A DNA stretch of 64,000 bases from Pontixanthobacter sp. (lineage in GTDB: Bacteria > Pseudomonadota > Alphaproteobacteria > Sphingomonadales > Sphingomonadaceae), in NCBI GenBank assembly GCA_965223995.1, contig CBDCXY010000017.1:520519-584518 (forward strand). Reading direction: 5' to 3'. Shown here piece by piece: positions 42,328-51,464 of this stretch. Each line of letters opens with the position of its first letter. Position 1 is the first letter of the stretch. The position numbers and the translations under genes are program-made. The notes under the pieces were generated by a model that had not been told where the DNA came from, made no database searches, and worked only from the letters and a program-made list of their open reading frames with translations.

Positions 42328-44316
42328 ATGTCCAGCATGGACCGTAAACCCCTCTCGTTTCTGACAATTCTCGCCGCATCGACGGCGCTTCTTTCGGCCC
42401 CGGCCTGCGCGCAGGCACCGGTCGCGGCAGCTGGCTCCTACGATGCTGCAGAATGGGACCAGGCGCGGCAGCAGATGATCGCAAGCCGCCCCACCCGCAT
42501 GGCGCAGGTGATCGACCGGTGGCAGTTCCTGACCGGCAACGACCGGATGGGGTTCGAAGCCTATGCCAGTTTCATCATGGCCAATCCGGGCTTCCCGCGC
42601 GAAAGCACGTTGCAACTGCGCGCCGAGAATGCGCTCGACAACGAGCCCATCGGTACCGCGAGGCTGGTCGAGTTTTTCGACCGCTTCCCGCCAATCACCA
42701 ACTCGGCGAGGGCGCGCTACGCACTGGCACTGAACGCGGAGAACCGACCGCAGGCCTTGCAGATGGCACGCGAGGCCTGGCGTGGCGGCGAGATGAGCGG
42801 ACCGTCCGCGGCCTATCTCGAGGGACTGTTCGGATCGCAGTTCACCCAGGCCGATCACGATGCACGAATGGACGCGTTGCTGTGGCAGGGCGAGGAAGAG
42901 CAGGCCCGCCGCCAGATCGCACGCGTAACACCGGGCAAGCGCGACCTGTTTATGGCGCGGATGGCCTATCTGCGCGATACGTCACCCAGCGCGGCCGGGC
43001 TGAACATCCCAAGCGAAGCGCTGCGCGATCCGGGATACCAGTTCAACCAGGCGCGCTATCTGCGCAAGACGCGGCAGGGCTCGACTGCGGTGAACTATCT
43101 CGCCAGCCGTCCGGCCTTCGACAGCAAGCCGTTCGATCCGGAAACCTTCCTGACCGAAATGCTCCGCCTCGCACGGACCGGCAATGCGCGGCAGGCGCAG
43201 CAGATTGCGGCCAAGGCCGACGACCTGTTCGAAGAGAATGTCGATATCCGCACCAAGTCCTATCGCATTCGCGACGATTACACTTCGCTGATGTGGCTGG
43301 GCGGGACGCGCGCTCTTTGGGATCTCGGCGATGCGAGCGGCGCAGCGCCGTTGTTTTACCGCTACGGTGCGGCGGCGCAGACTCCGCAGACGCGCTCCAA
43401 GGGTTTTTACTGGGCGGGTCTTGCGGCGCAGCGTGCGGGCGATGGTGCCGGCGCCAACCGATATTACGAAATGGCTGCCGCCTATCCCGACCGGTTTTAT
43501 GGCATGCTGGCGCTCGACAGGCTGGGCCGTCCGATGCCCGATCTGGATGTTGCGCAACCCGTTGTCGACATGGACCCGGGCACCGCGTCCGCATTCTACA
43601 ACTCGCCGTTGGCGCTGGCGGTTCGCGAGGTATCGCGCGACGCCCCGTGGCGCACCGGCATCCAGTTCTACCGCGCCATTGCCCGCAACGCCGATTCAGC
43701 TTCTGAGCATGCCATGGTCGCCAATCTGGCCCGTCAAATCGGTCGCCGCGATCTGGCGGTGAATGTGCATGATGCAGCGGGGGCAGATGGTGTGCGCAGC
43801 TTCACCCGCTTTGGTCACCCCACCCTGCAAACGCCTCCGGGAACCAACTGGACGTTTGTCCACGCGATCGCGCGGCAGGAGAGCCAGTTCGCACAGAATG
43901 CGATCAGCCATGCTGGTGCGCGCGGATTGATGCAGCTGATGCCGGGTACTGCGCGCGAGCAGGCGGGCAAGCTGGGCATGAGCTACATGCGCGCAAACCT
44001 GATCGACAGTCCGAGCTACAATATCCGGCTGGGCGATGCCTATTTCGACCGTATGCTGACCTATTATGGCGGTGCCTATCCGCTGGCGATTGCCGCCTAC
44101 AATGCGGGTCCGGGCAATGTGAACAAGTGGCTACGCCGCAATGGCGACCCCCGTCGGGGCGGGATCGACTGGATCACCTGGATCGAGCGGATTCCGATCT
44201 ACGAAACCAAGAATTACGTCCAGCGCGTGGTCGAGAATGCCGTCAATTACGAGCATCTCTATCCCGAAAAAGCGCCCTATGGTGCGCCGAGACCCGTCAC
44301 GCGCTACGTGCGCTGA
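42328..44316 (+). CDS. slt: soluble lytic murein transglycosylase (Slt70-like)
   Basis: Signal peptide, a superhelical N-terminal region, and an SLT catalytic block: ARQESQF...S.AGARGLMQLMPGTA...AYNAGPGNV. Confidence 0.8.
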   Translation: MSSMDRKPLSFLTILAASTALLSAPACAQAPVAAAGSYDAAEWDQARQQMIASRPTRMAQVIDRWQFLTGNDRMGFEAYASFIMANPGFPRESTLQLRAENALDNEPIGTARLVEFFDRFPPITNSARARYALALNAENRPQALQMAREAWRGGEMSGPSAAYLEGLFGSQFTQADHDARMDALLWQGEEEQARRQIARVTPGKRDLFMARMAYLRDTSPSAAGLNIPSEALRDPGYQFNQARYLRKTRQGSTAVNYLASRPAFDSKPFDPETFLTEMLRLARTGNARQAQQIAAKADDLFEENVDIRTKSYRIRDDYTSLMWLGGTRALWDLGDASGAAPLFYRYGAAAQTPQTRSKGFYWAGLAAQRAGDGAGANRYYEMAAAYPDRFYGMLALDRLGRPMPDLDVAQPVVDMDPGTASAFYNSPLALAVREVSRDAPWRTGIQFYRAIARNADSASEHAMVANLARQIGRRDLAVNVHDAAGADGVRSFTRFGHPTLQTPPGTNWTFVHAIARQESQFAQNAISHAGARGLMQLMPGTAREQAGKLGMSYMRANLIDSPSYNIRLGDAYFDRMLTYYGGAYPLAIAAYNAGPGNVNKWLRRNGDPRRGGIDWITWIERIPIYETKNYVQRVVENAVNYEHLYPEKAPYGAPRPVTRYVR

Positions 44317-44341
44317 CGGGTCCGGTTTCACCATGGGTTGA

Positions 44342-44848
44342 TCAGGCGTCGCAATCGCCCACACGCTTACCCGACATCTTCATTACCATCGTGCCTTCGC
44401 CGCCCGGAATGTTCGGGTCGTTGATCTCGGCGGTCATGGTCATGTTCATTTCTTCAGCGCTGTAATCGCCGTCGATGGTCATCGTCGCGCCACCGCCATT
44501 TTCGGCTTTGCAGACGACCTTGCCGCTCAGATCACCACCGCCGGCATCGAAGGAGTCGGTTTCGCAGGCCTGGCCCTGCATCGATTGCTTGGCCTGCTCT
44601 TCCCAGCCCTTGGCAACCTGATCTTCGGTCATACATGTTTCGGTGGTCTGTTCCTGACCGACCATGCCTTGCAGCATGCCCGCTACCTCGGGAGGCGCGC
44701 CGGGCAGCTCGAACTTCTCGACCACCATGGTCTGCGACCATTTGCCGGCCTTCATCTGGATTTCTCCGTCGGAGCGTGTATCGCCAGCCGAACCACAAGC
44801 CGCCACCGCCAAAGCCAGCGCGGAAACCATAATCAAACGCATGTTCAT
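44342..44848 (-). CDS. DUF3617-like lipoprotein
   Basis: Lipobox LAVAAC, then KAGKW...(C)...G......C pattern. The family call is from memory. Confidence 0.5.
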   Translation of the reverse strand: MNMRLIMVSALALAVAACGSAGDTRSDGEIQMKAGKWSQTMVVEKFELPGAPPEVAGMLQGMVGQEQTTETCMTEDQVAKGWEEQAKQSMQGQACETDSFDAGGGDLSGKVVCKAENGGGATMTIDGDYSAEEMNMTMTAEINDPNIPGGEGTMVMKMSGKRVGDCDA

Positions 44849-44914
44849 TCCCTTCCCTTGATAAAACACACTTTATCGTAGGCCTTTGGCTTGCCCGCCG
44901 TCACCCCCTAATTT

Positions 44915-45433
44915 ATGGCTCTGTGTGTGTTTCGCCGAAAAACTGCCTTTTTCGCAATTACTGGCGCGGCCACTTTGGCTGCTATCCAGCCAGCAGTTGC
45001 CCGCGATAGCCTGGGCGTATTTTCTGATTGGGGAGCCTTTCGCGACCCGGACACGCCGCGCTGCTACGCCATTGCCAAACCCGCCCCGACAACCAGCCAG
45101 CGCAGCTTCAAACCCTATGCCAGCATCGGCACCTGGCCGCGCCGCAATGTGCGGGGCCAACTGCATCTGAGGCTGTCGCGCAATCTGGCATCCGATGCGA
45201 CGATTACGCTGACCATCGGCGAGCGGAGCTTCACCCTGACCGGCGCGGGGAACAATGCCTGGGCGCGTAACCAGACGATGGACGCGGCTATCGTCGCGGC
45301 GATGCGCTCGGCGCGGCGCATGGTTGTCCGCGCCCGCGACAGCCGCGGACGCCGCTTTTCCAACACCTACGCCCTGGAAGGCGCAGCAACAGCAATGGAC
45401 GCAGCGACCGTGGGGTGTGCGAGTATCAGATGA
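44915..45433 (+). CDS. secreted hypothetical protein (invasion-associated locus B-like)
   Basis: Signal peptide ending AVA, then F.DWGAF......CYAI. Its position upstream of rlmN is conserved in Alphaproteobacteria, as far as I recall. Confidence 0.4.
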   Translation: MALCVFRRKTAFFAITGAATLAAIQPAVARDSLGVFSDWGAFRDPDTPRCYAIAKPAPTTSQRSFKPYASIGTWPRRNVRGQLHLRLSRNLASDATITLTIGERSFTLTGAGNNAWARNQTMDAAIVAAMRSARRMVVRARDSRGRRFSNTYALEGAATAMDAATVGCASIR

Positions 45434-45819
45434 CCGAGCGCGCCGATCTCACCGGAATGAACTTCGTCCTCGCCGTACCCGATGCGATGACCACCGCGCG
45501 CTGGTGGGTCGATGTGATGAAGTTCGACGCATTGCGCGATCTGGGCGGGTGGGTGTTCGTCAAGCGCGGCCTTTGCATGATCATGCTCGGATCGTGTCCT
45601 GATGCCGTCCCGATGACCGAGCTCGGCGATCATCAATATTTCGGATATATCGAGTTTAACGACATCGACGCCTATTACGACGAGATCGACCGGGACAAGG
45701 CAGACATCATCAAGCAGCCCACGACCGAGGAATGGGATATGCGCGAATTCGGCGTACGCACACCCGATGGGCATCGAGTGATGTTCGGGCAGGACCTCAC
45801 CTCGCACCCAATCGGCTGA
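45430..45819 (+). CDS. VOC / glyoxalase-bleomycin resistance family protein
   Basis: 129-aa protein ending R.PDGH.V.F...., with the overall betaalphabetabetabeta pattern. The ATG overlaps the upstream stop (ATGA). Confidence 0.6.
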   Translation: MTERADLTGMNFVLAVPDAMTTARWWVDVMKFDALRDLGGWVFVKRGLCMIMLGSCPDAVPMTELGDHQYFGYIEFNDIDAYYDEIDRDKADIIKQPTTEEWDMREFGVRTPDGHRVMFGQDLTSHPIG

Positions 45820-45876
45820 CGCGTTCACGCTGAAGGCTGGCAATAGCCGCCAAGCGCGCCTATATGCGCGCCTCCC

Positions 45877-47205
45877 ATGGCCGATACGCAACTTATGTCT
45901 ATTCCGGGACAAGTCGATCCCGTTCCCGTCTCGCGCCCCGAGATAATGGGAGGTATTACGCCGCGCACGGATGGTCGTATCGACCTGCTGGGCCTGCCCA
46001 AAAAGCGGATTGCGGAGATTTTTACCGAAGCGGGTCTCGACGCGAAGCAGGCTAAGCTCCGGTCGAAGCAGGTGTTCCACTGGATCTACCATCGCGGTGT
46101 GACCGATTTCGGCGCGATGACCGATATCTCCAAGACCATGCGCCCTTGGATGGACGAGCGCTTTGTGGTCGGACGTCCCAACGTGGTCGAGGCACAGCAT
46201 TCCTCCGACGGAACGCGCAAATGGCTGCTCCAGACCGATGACGGCCACGATTTCGAAATGGTCTTCATCCCCGATGCTGATCGTGGGACTTTATGCGTGT
46301 CGAGCCAGGTCGGTTGCACGCTCAATTGCACCTTCTGTCACACCGGCACGATGCGGCTGGTGCGTAACCTGACGCCAGGCGAGATTGTCGGACAGGTGAT
46401 GCTCGCACGCGATGCGCTGGGCGAATGGCCGAAACCCGGCGCGAGTCCCCGCGAAGGCGGGGATCTCAATCAGATTGGCGCTCCCTCTCCCGAGGCCCCC
46501 GCCTTCGCGGGGGATCACGACTATGACGACGACGAAACCGAGTACCGCGCCGACGGTCGTCTGCTGACCAACATCGTGATGATGGGCATGGGCGAGCCGC
46601 TTTATAATTTCGACCATGTCCGCGATGCGCTCAAGATCGTGATGGATGGCGAAGGGCTGGCGCTGTCGAAGCGCAGGATCACGCTCTCCACCAGCGGCGT
46701 CGTGCCTGCGATGGAACGCTGCGGCGAAGAAATCGGTGTGAACCTGGCAGTCTCGCTCCATGCGGTGACCAAGGAAGTGCGCGACGAGATCGTCCCGATC
46801 AACCGGAAATACGGCATCGAGGAATTGCTACAGGCCTGCGCCGCCTATCCAGGTGCCTCCAACGCGCGGCGCATCACGTTCGAATATGTGATGCTCAAGG
46901 ACAAGAACGACAGCGACGAGGACGCACGCGAACTGGTTCGGCTGATCAAGCAATATGACCTGCCCGCCAAGGTCAATCTGATCCCGTTCAATCCGTGGCC
47001 CGGTACGCCTTACGAATGCTCGGATCCCGAACGCATTCGCAGCTTCTCCAACATCATTTTCGAAAGCGGTATCAGCGGACCGATCCGGACCCCGCGCGGC
47101 CGCGATATCGACGCCGCCTGCGGCCAGCTGAAAACCGCTGCGGAGAAGAAAAGCCGCGCACAACTGGACCGCGAAGCTCTCGAGGCAGAGGCCAAAGCGT
47201 CCTGA
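45877..47205 (+). CDS. rlmN: 23S rRNA/tRNA (adenine-C2)-methyltransferase, radical SAM
   Basis: Radical-SAM cluster [25 protein letters not shown], and LIPFNPWPG. It contains an acidic insertion of about 45 aa. Confidence 0.92.
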   Translation: MADTQLMSIPGQVDPVPVSRPEIMGGITPRTDGRIDLLGLPKKRIAEIFTEAGLDAKQAKLRSKQVFHWIYHRGVTDFGAMTDISKTMRPWMDERFVVGRPNVVEAQHSSDGTRKWLLQTDDGHDFEMVFIPDADRGTLCVSSQVGCTLNCTFCHTGTMRLVRNLTPGEIVGQVMLARDALGEWPKPGASPREGGDLNQIGAPSPEAPAFAGDHDYDDDETEYRADGRLLTNIVMMGMGEPLYNFDHVRDALKIVMDGEGLALSKRRITLSTSGVVPAMERCGEEIGVNLAVSLHAVTKEVRDEIVPINRKYGIEELLQACAAYPGASNARRITFEYVMLKDKNDSDEDARELVRLIKQYDLPAKVNLIPFNPWPGTPYECSDPERIRSFSNIIFESGISGPIRTPRGRDIDAACGQLKTAAEKKSRAQLDREALEAEAKAS

Positions 47206-47798
47206 TGGCGGACCCGGCGACGATCGCTTTCTACGAAGCGAATGCGCCGCGTTACACGCTGAGTTTTGGGCAAGCACCCAGTCGCCATCTCGATGGCTTT
47301 CTCGACCGGCTGGAGCCAGGCGCGCGCATCCTCGAACTCGGCTGCGGTGGCGGGCGCGATTCTGCGCGGATTGTCGAGCGCGGGTTCGATCTCGATGCAA
47401 CCGACGGCACCGAAGCAATGGTTCGCAAGGCCAATGAGCGTTTCGATGTCGGTGCGCGGCATATGCGTTTTGATCAGCTTTACGCGGTGGCCGAGTATAA
47501 TGCGGTGTGGGCTCATGCTTGCCTGATCCATGTCGCGCGCGCCGATTTTCCCGGCATATTGCAGGCGATCCACACCGCGCTCCGCCCCGGCGGCCTGCAT
47601 TTCGCAAACTTCAAGCTTGGCGACGGCGAAGGACGCGATCCGCTTGGGCGGCTGCACAATTTCCCCGACACCGAATGGCTGGACAAGGCCTATCGCGAAG
47701 CCGCTTTCGATATTATCGATAGCGAGATCTATCGCGGCGAGGGAGCCGACGGCGTAGTGCGGGACTGGTATGCAATGACGATGATACGCAATGACTGA
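47205..47798 (+). CDS. class I SAM-dependent methyltransferase
   Basis: ILELGCGGGRD motif. The ATG overlaps the rlmN stop (TGATG). Confidence 0.65.
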   Translation: MADPATIAFYEANAPRYTLSFGQAPSRHLDGFLDRLEPGARILELGCGGGRDSARIVERGFDLDATDGTEAMVRKANERFDVGARHMRFDQLYAVAEYNAVWAHACLIHVARADFPGILQAIHTALRPGGLHFANFKLGDGEGRDPLGRLHNFPDTEWLDKAYREAAFDIIDSEIYRGEGADGVVRDWYAMTMIRND

Positions 47799-48441
47799 TA
47801 GTTGGAATGTCACTCACATCTGCACGGGCAAGGCAGTACCTTTTCGCGGCGACGAGAAGAGTGCCTTTGCCAAATCGCCGGTGGATGGCCCGGTCGCCAT
47901 CACAACACTGGGCATCGAAGGTGACGAGCAGGCCGACCGGAAGGTTCATGGCGGACCGCATATGGCGGTGCATCTCTATCCGCGCGATCATCACGTATTC
48001 TGGCGCGAGGAAATCGGCGACCATGGATTGCTCGGCCAACCCGGTGCGTTCGGTAGCAACCTGTCGGTTGCGGGCCTGACCGAAGAGCAGGTCTGCATCG
48101 GCGACCGTTTCCGGCTTGGCAGCGCCTTGCTCGAAATCAGCCAACCGCGCCAACCTTGCTGGAAGATCGAACACCGCTTTGGCCTCAAGGGTATGGTCGC
48201 GACGATACTCAAGACCGGTCGCTGCGGCTGGTATCTGCGCATCATCGAGGAAGGCACGGCGCAGACTGGCGATACGTTGGAGAAGGTCGGCAGCGGCGTG
48301 GGCGACTGGACAGTAGCCCGCGTGTTTACCCTTCTCTGGGGTGATCCGAAGGCGGCCAGCAGGACAGAGCTGCAAGCGTTAGCCGAACTGGAAACGCTCA
48401 CACCCAGGCTGCGCGAGAAGGCCGCGGCGCGGCTCGATTGA
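47791..48441 (+). CDS. MOSC domain protein (YiiM-like)
   Basis: GIEGD.QAD...HGG...AV..Y and EISQPRQPCWK (conserved Cys). The start overlaps the upstream gene by 8 nt. Confidence 0.8.
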   Translation: MTDSWNVTHICTGKAVPFRGDEKSAFAKSPVDGPVAITTLGIEGDEQADRKVHGGPHMAVHLYPRDHHVFWREEIGDHGLLGQPGAFGSNLSVAGLTEEQVCIGDRFRLGSALLEISQPRQPCWKIEHRFGLKGMVATILKTGRCGWYLRIIEEGTAQTGDTLEKVGSGVGDWTVARVFTLLWGDPKAASRTELQALAELETLTPRLREKAAARLD

Positions 48442-48618
48442 GTATTTGCTTTCCTACCGAGCGCTGACGTGCTTGGTTGGACGCATGCGGTCTGAACTCG
48501 AATTCTGCTCCCAAAAACGCCTGGCTTGCGGCCATAGAGGTGCATTCAACCCAGTTGGTTTTTTTCCTTCAGGACTGTGGTCCATGTGGTCCATCTGTTC
48601 AGCCTTCGGAGCTGAAGC

Positions 48619-49383
48619 ATGAACCGCCCCGCCGTCCTGATTACCGGAGCCGCCAAGCGCATTGGCGCGGTCGTCGCGCGTGCATTTGGTGAGGTGGGTT
48701 GGCATGTGGTGATCCATTACGGCAGCTCCGCGCAGGAGGCGGAGGAGCTGGCCGATGCCTTGCCCTCTGCCGAGGCGTTGCATTGCGATCTGGCGGATAG
48801 CGACGGTGCGGTGGCTATGGTCGAACGGCTTGCGACGCGGCTTGCTGATTGGCGCGTGCTGGTCAACTCTGCCTCGATTTTCCGCCCCGACGATGTAACC
48901 GCGATGGACTCGCAGGCGTATGACAGGGTGATGCGGATCAACGCCAAGACCCCCGCGCGCATGGCGCAGGCCTTCCTCAAACATGCCAAGGCGGAGGGGG
49001 GCCGCCGCGTGATCCAGGTGACCGACCAGAAGATCGCAAACTCCAACCCCGACTTCTTCTCCTACACGATGAGCAAGCACGCGCTGCATGCGACCATCGA
49101 GATGCTGTCCGATGGCGCGGCGGCCCCGAACGACCGGGTCTATGGTCTTGCGCCGGGTGCGATCCTGCCGAGCCATGACCAAACACCGGAAGAAACCGAC
49201 GCCTCGCATGTGCTCAACCTGCTCGGGCGCAAGACCGATGCAAGCGAGATCGCCGATGCGATGCTGTTCCTTGCGGAAGGTCACCTCGCGAGCGGGCAAA
49301 CGCTGTTCGTCGATAGCGGCCAGCACCTGCTCGACCAGAAACGCGATGTGATCTACCTGGCGAGAGAGGGGATCGACGGATGA
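48619..49383 (+). CDS. SDR-family oxidoreductase (pteridine reductase-like)
   Basis: ITGAAKRIGA cofactor motif and the catalytic YTMSK (YxxxK). Confidence 0.75.
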   Translation: MNRPAVLITGAAKRIGAVVARAFGEVGWHVVIHYGSSAQEAEELADALPSAEALHCDLADSDGAVAMVERLATRLADWRVLVNSASIFRPDDVTAMDSQAYDRVMRINAKTPARMAQAFLKHAKAEGGRRVIQVTDQKIANSNPDFFSYTMSKHALHATIEMLSDGAAAPNDRVYGLAPGAILPSHDQTPEETDASHVLNLLGRKTDASEIADAMLFLAEGHLASGQTLFVDSGQHLLDQKRDVIYLAREGIDG

Positions 49384-50054
49384 GCAAGCCGAAAAAGCGT
49401 CACGGGCTGATCACGCGCATCTGGCACTGGCTCAACCTTGTCTGCGTCGTCGTGCTGTTCATGTCGGGCCTCAATATCTCCAACGCGCATCGCTATCTCT
49501 ATTGGGGCAATTACGGCTTCGATCCTGCCGATGCGTGGCTTGCCGTGCCGCGCTTTCCCGGCTGGATGACGATCCCCGACTATTACAGCCTCGCGCTCGC
49601 CCGCGACTGGCACATATTGATGGCATGGCCTTTCGCTGTCGGGCTGCTGGTGATGTGGGTTGCGATGCTCATCAATGGCCATTTCTGGCGCGATTTGAGG
49701 ACCAGCCAACGCGAATGGAAACCCAAGGCGATCTGGCACGATATCGTCGAGCACGTGAAACTGAACTTCGACCATGAAGGCGGCAAGTACAACTTCCTGC
49801 AGAAACTCGCTTATGGCGTCGTCCTCGGCGTCTTCCTGCCGGGTATGATCTTCACCGGCCTTGCGATCAGTCCAGGCTTCGAACCCGCCGCGCCGTGGCT
49901 GGTCGATGTGCTCGGCGGACGGCAGAGCGCGCGGTCGATCCACTTCATTTTCTCATGGGGTATCTTCGCCTTCTTTGTGGTCCATATCGTGCTCGTATTG
50001 CTGGCGGGACCAATCAAGCAGATCCGCGACATGATCACAGGAGGCGAGCGATGA
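49380..50054 (+). CDS. cytochrome b (PF01292-type) membrane subunit
   Basis: R..HW.N......SG and four transmembrane helices with conserved His residues. Translationally coupled to the next gene (ATGA). Confidence 0.65.
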   Translation: MSKPKKRHGLITRIWHWLNLVCVVVLFMSGLNISNAHRYLYWGNYGFDPADAWLAVPRFPGWMTIPDYYSLALARDWHILMAWPFAVGLLVMWVAMLINGHFWRDLRTSQREWKPKAIWHDIVEHVKLNFDHEGGKYNFLQKLAYGVVLGVFLPGMIFTGLAISPGFEPAAPWLVDVLGGRQSARSIHFIFSWGIFAFFVVHIVLVLLAGPIKQIRDMITGGER

Positions 50055-50803
50055 GCCCGGTTATCGGAAGGCGCAGCGTGCTGGCCGGAATAGGGTTTCT
50101 GTTCCTCGGCGCATGCTCAAAGGTCGCCGACACGAAGATCGGCGGGACGCTGCTCAATTCGTCCGAGAAATGGCATATGGGCATCCACCGTTCGCTCGCG
50201 AGCCGGATGGCCCTGGCGCGCGAATATGACCGCTCCGAAATCTCGCCCACCTTCCGCGGCAATGGCTCGCGCACGGTCGATACCGACGCCTATCGCGCGG
50301 CCCTTGCCGACGGTTTCAGCGAATGGCGACTGGAGGTACGCGGGATGGTCGATAGGCCGATGTCGCTGAGCATGGACAATATCCGCCGCCTGCCCCAGCG
50401 CGCGCAGATCACCCGTCACGATTGTGTCGAGGGCTGGAGCGCGATCGGCGAATGGACCGGGCCGCAGCTATCGACGCTGCTCGACGCGGCGGGGGTGCAG
50501 GAGGGCGCGAAATTCGTCGTCTTCCGCTGCGCCGATGAACTCTCCGGCAGCCAGTATTACGAGAGCGTCGATATGGTCGACGCCTATCACCCGCAGACCA
50601 TCGTCGCACATATGCTCAATGGCGAGCCGCTACCCGAGAAGAACGGCGCCCCGCTGCGCATGCGGATCGAGCGGCAGCTGGGCTACAAACATCCCAAATA
50701 TCTGACCGCAATCGAACTGGTCGACAGCCTCGACGATATTGGCGAAGGCGAAGGCGGCTATTGGGAAGATCGCGGCGGATATCAGTGGTATGCGGGGATT
50801 TGA
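50051..50803 (+). CDS. molybdopterin-dependent oxidoreductase (sulfite-oxidase fold, YedY/MsrP-like)
   Basis: HDCVEGWS, G..L..LL and NGEPL....G.P.R......G.K..K.L, preceded by an N-terminal lipoprotein/Tat-like leader. Confidence 0.7.
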   Translation: MSPVIGRRSVLAGIGFLFLGACSKVADTKIGGTLLNSSEKWHMGIHRSLASRMALAREYDRSEISPTFRGNGSRTVDTDAYRAALADGFSEWRLEVRGMVDRPMSLSMDNIRRLPQRAQITRHDCVEGWSAIGEWTGPQLSTLLDAAGVQEGAKFVVFRCADELSGSQYYESVDMVDAYHPQTIVAHMLNGEPLPEKNGAPLRMRIERQLGYKHPKYLTAIELVDSLDDIGEGEGGYWEDRGGYQWYAGI

Positions 50804-50828
50804 GAATGTTCGTCACTTCCCTTCACCC

Positions 50829-50917
50829 GTCATGCTGAACTCGTTTCAGCATCCATTCTTCAACTTGCACCGAAGCCGTGTGAGGATAGATGGACCCTGA
50901 AACAAGTTCAGGGTGAC
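50829..50917. repeat. REP/MITE-like double-hairpin element
   Basis: gtcatgctgaa-ctcg-tttcagcatc (50829-50853) and gaccctgaa-acaag-ttcagggtgac (50893-50917), in the intergenic space. Confidence 0.65.
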
Positions 50918-50945
50918 GACGGTTGTTGAAGTTGGCCGATGGCCT

Positions 50946-51383
50946 CTACTCCGGATAAATCCGGTTCATCGTCGCCCAATCACTCGCAATCATCTCTTCG
51001 AGCACGTCGAGGTCAATATCGGCTAGCTTGTTGACATAGAGACAGCTCTTCCCGCGCGAATGCTTGCCCAGCCGCTTGAGCTGCTCTTCTGTCCGCCTCG
51101 CTGCTACATCGTCGCAATAACCGCCCATCATATAGAGCGAGTGCTTGGCCTTGCGCGGTGAGAAGCCGGCCCGCATCCAGGTTACGTCGCGTCCGCTGGC
51201 ATAGGTCGTGCGGTACTCACCGTAGCCGATGATCGACGGCCCCCACATCTTGGGTTCCTCCCCCGTTACCTTGCGGAACAGCGCGTCGAGCACTTTCGCA
51301 TCCTCGCGTTTCTTCTCGGGCTCGACCGACGCGATGAAATCCGCCGGGTCGACATCGGTGATCTGGGTCTTTGCTTCAGCCAT
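50946..51383 (-). CDS. DUF1801 (YdhG-like) domain protein
   Basis: V..F.......K..D...L..........MWG.SI.G.G.Y.Y....G pattern. ATG taken at 51383. Confidence 0.6.
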   Translation of the reverse strand: MAEAKTQITDVDPADFIASVEPEKKREDAKVLDALFRKVTGEEPKMWGPSIIGYGEYRTTYASGRDVTWMRAGFSPRKAKHSLYMMGGYCDDVAARRTEEQLKRLGKHSRGKSCLYVNKLADIDLDVLEEMIASDWATMNRIYPE

Positions 51384-51464
51384 GGACGCAGGATAGCCCG
51401 ACATTGACAGCGCGCAAGTCCGTGCCATGGTGCGGCAAAAGTTTGGGGGGGGGACAAACGCAAC

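Noticed and set aside
46430-46570. Acidic insertion of about 45 aa in RlmN ([12 protein letters not shown]...[16 protein letters not shown])
   Set aside because: The frame is intact, and insertions at this position between the radical-SAM core segments occur in alphaproteobacterial RlmN as far as I recall. This is probably lineage-typical rather than novel.
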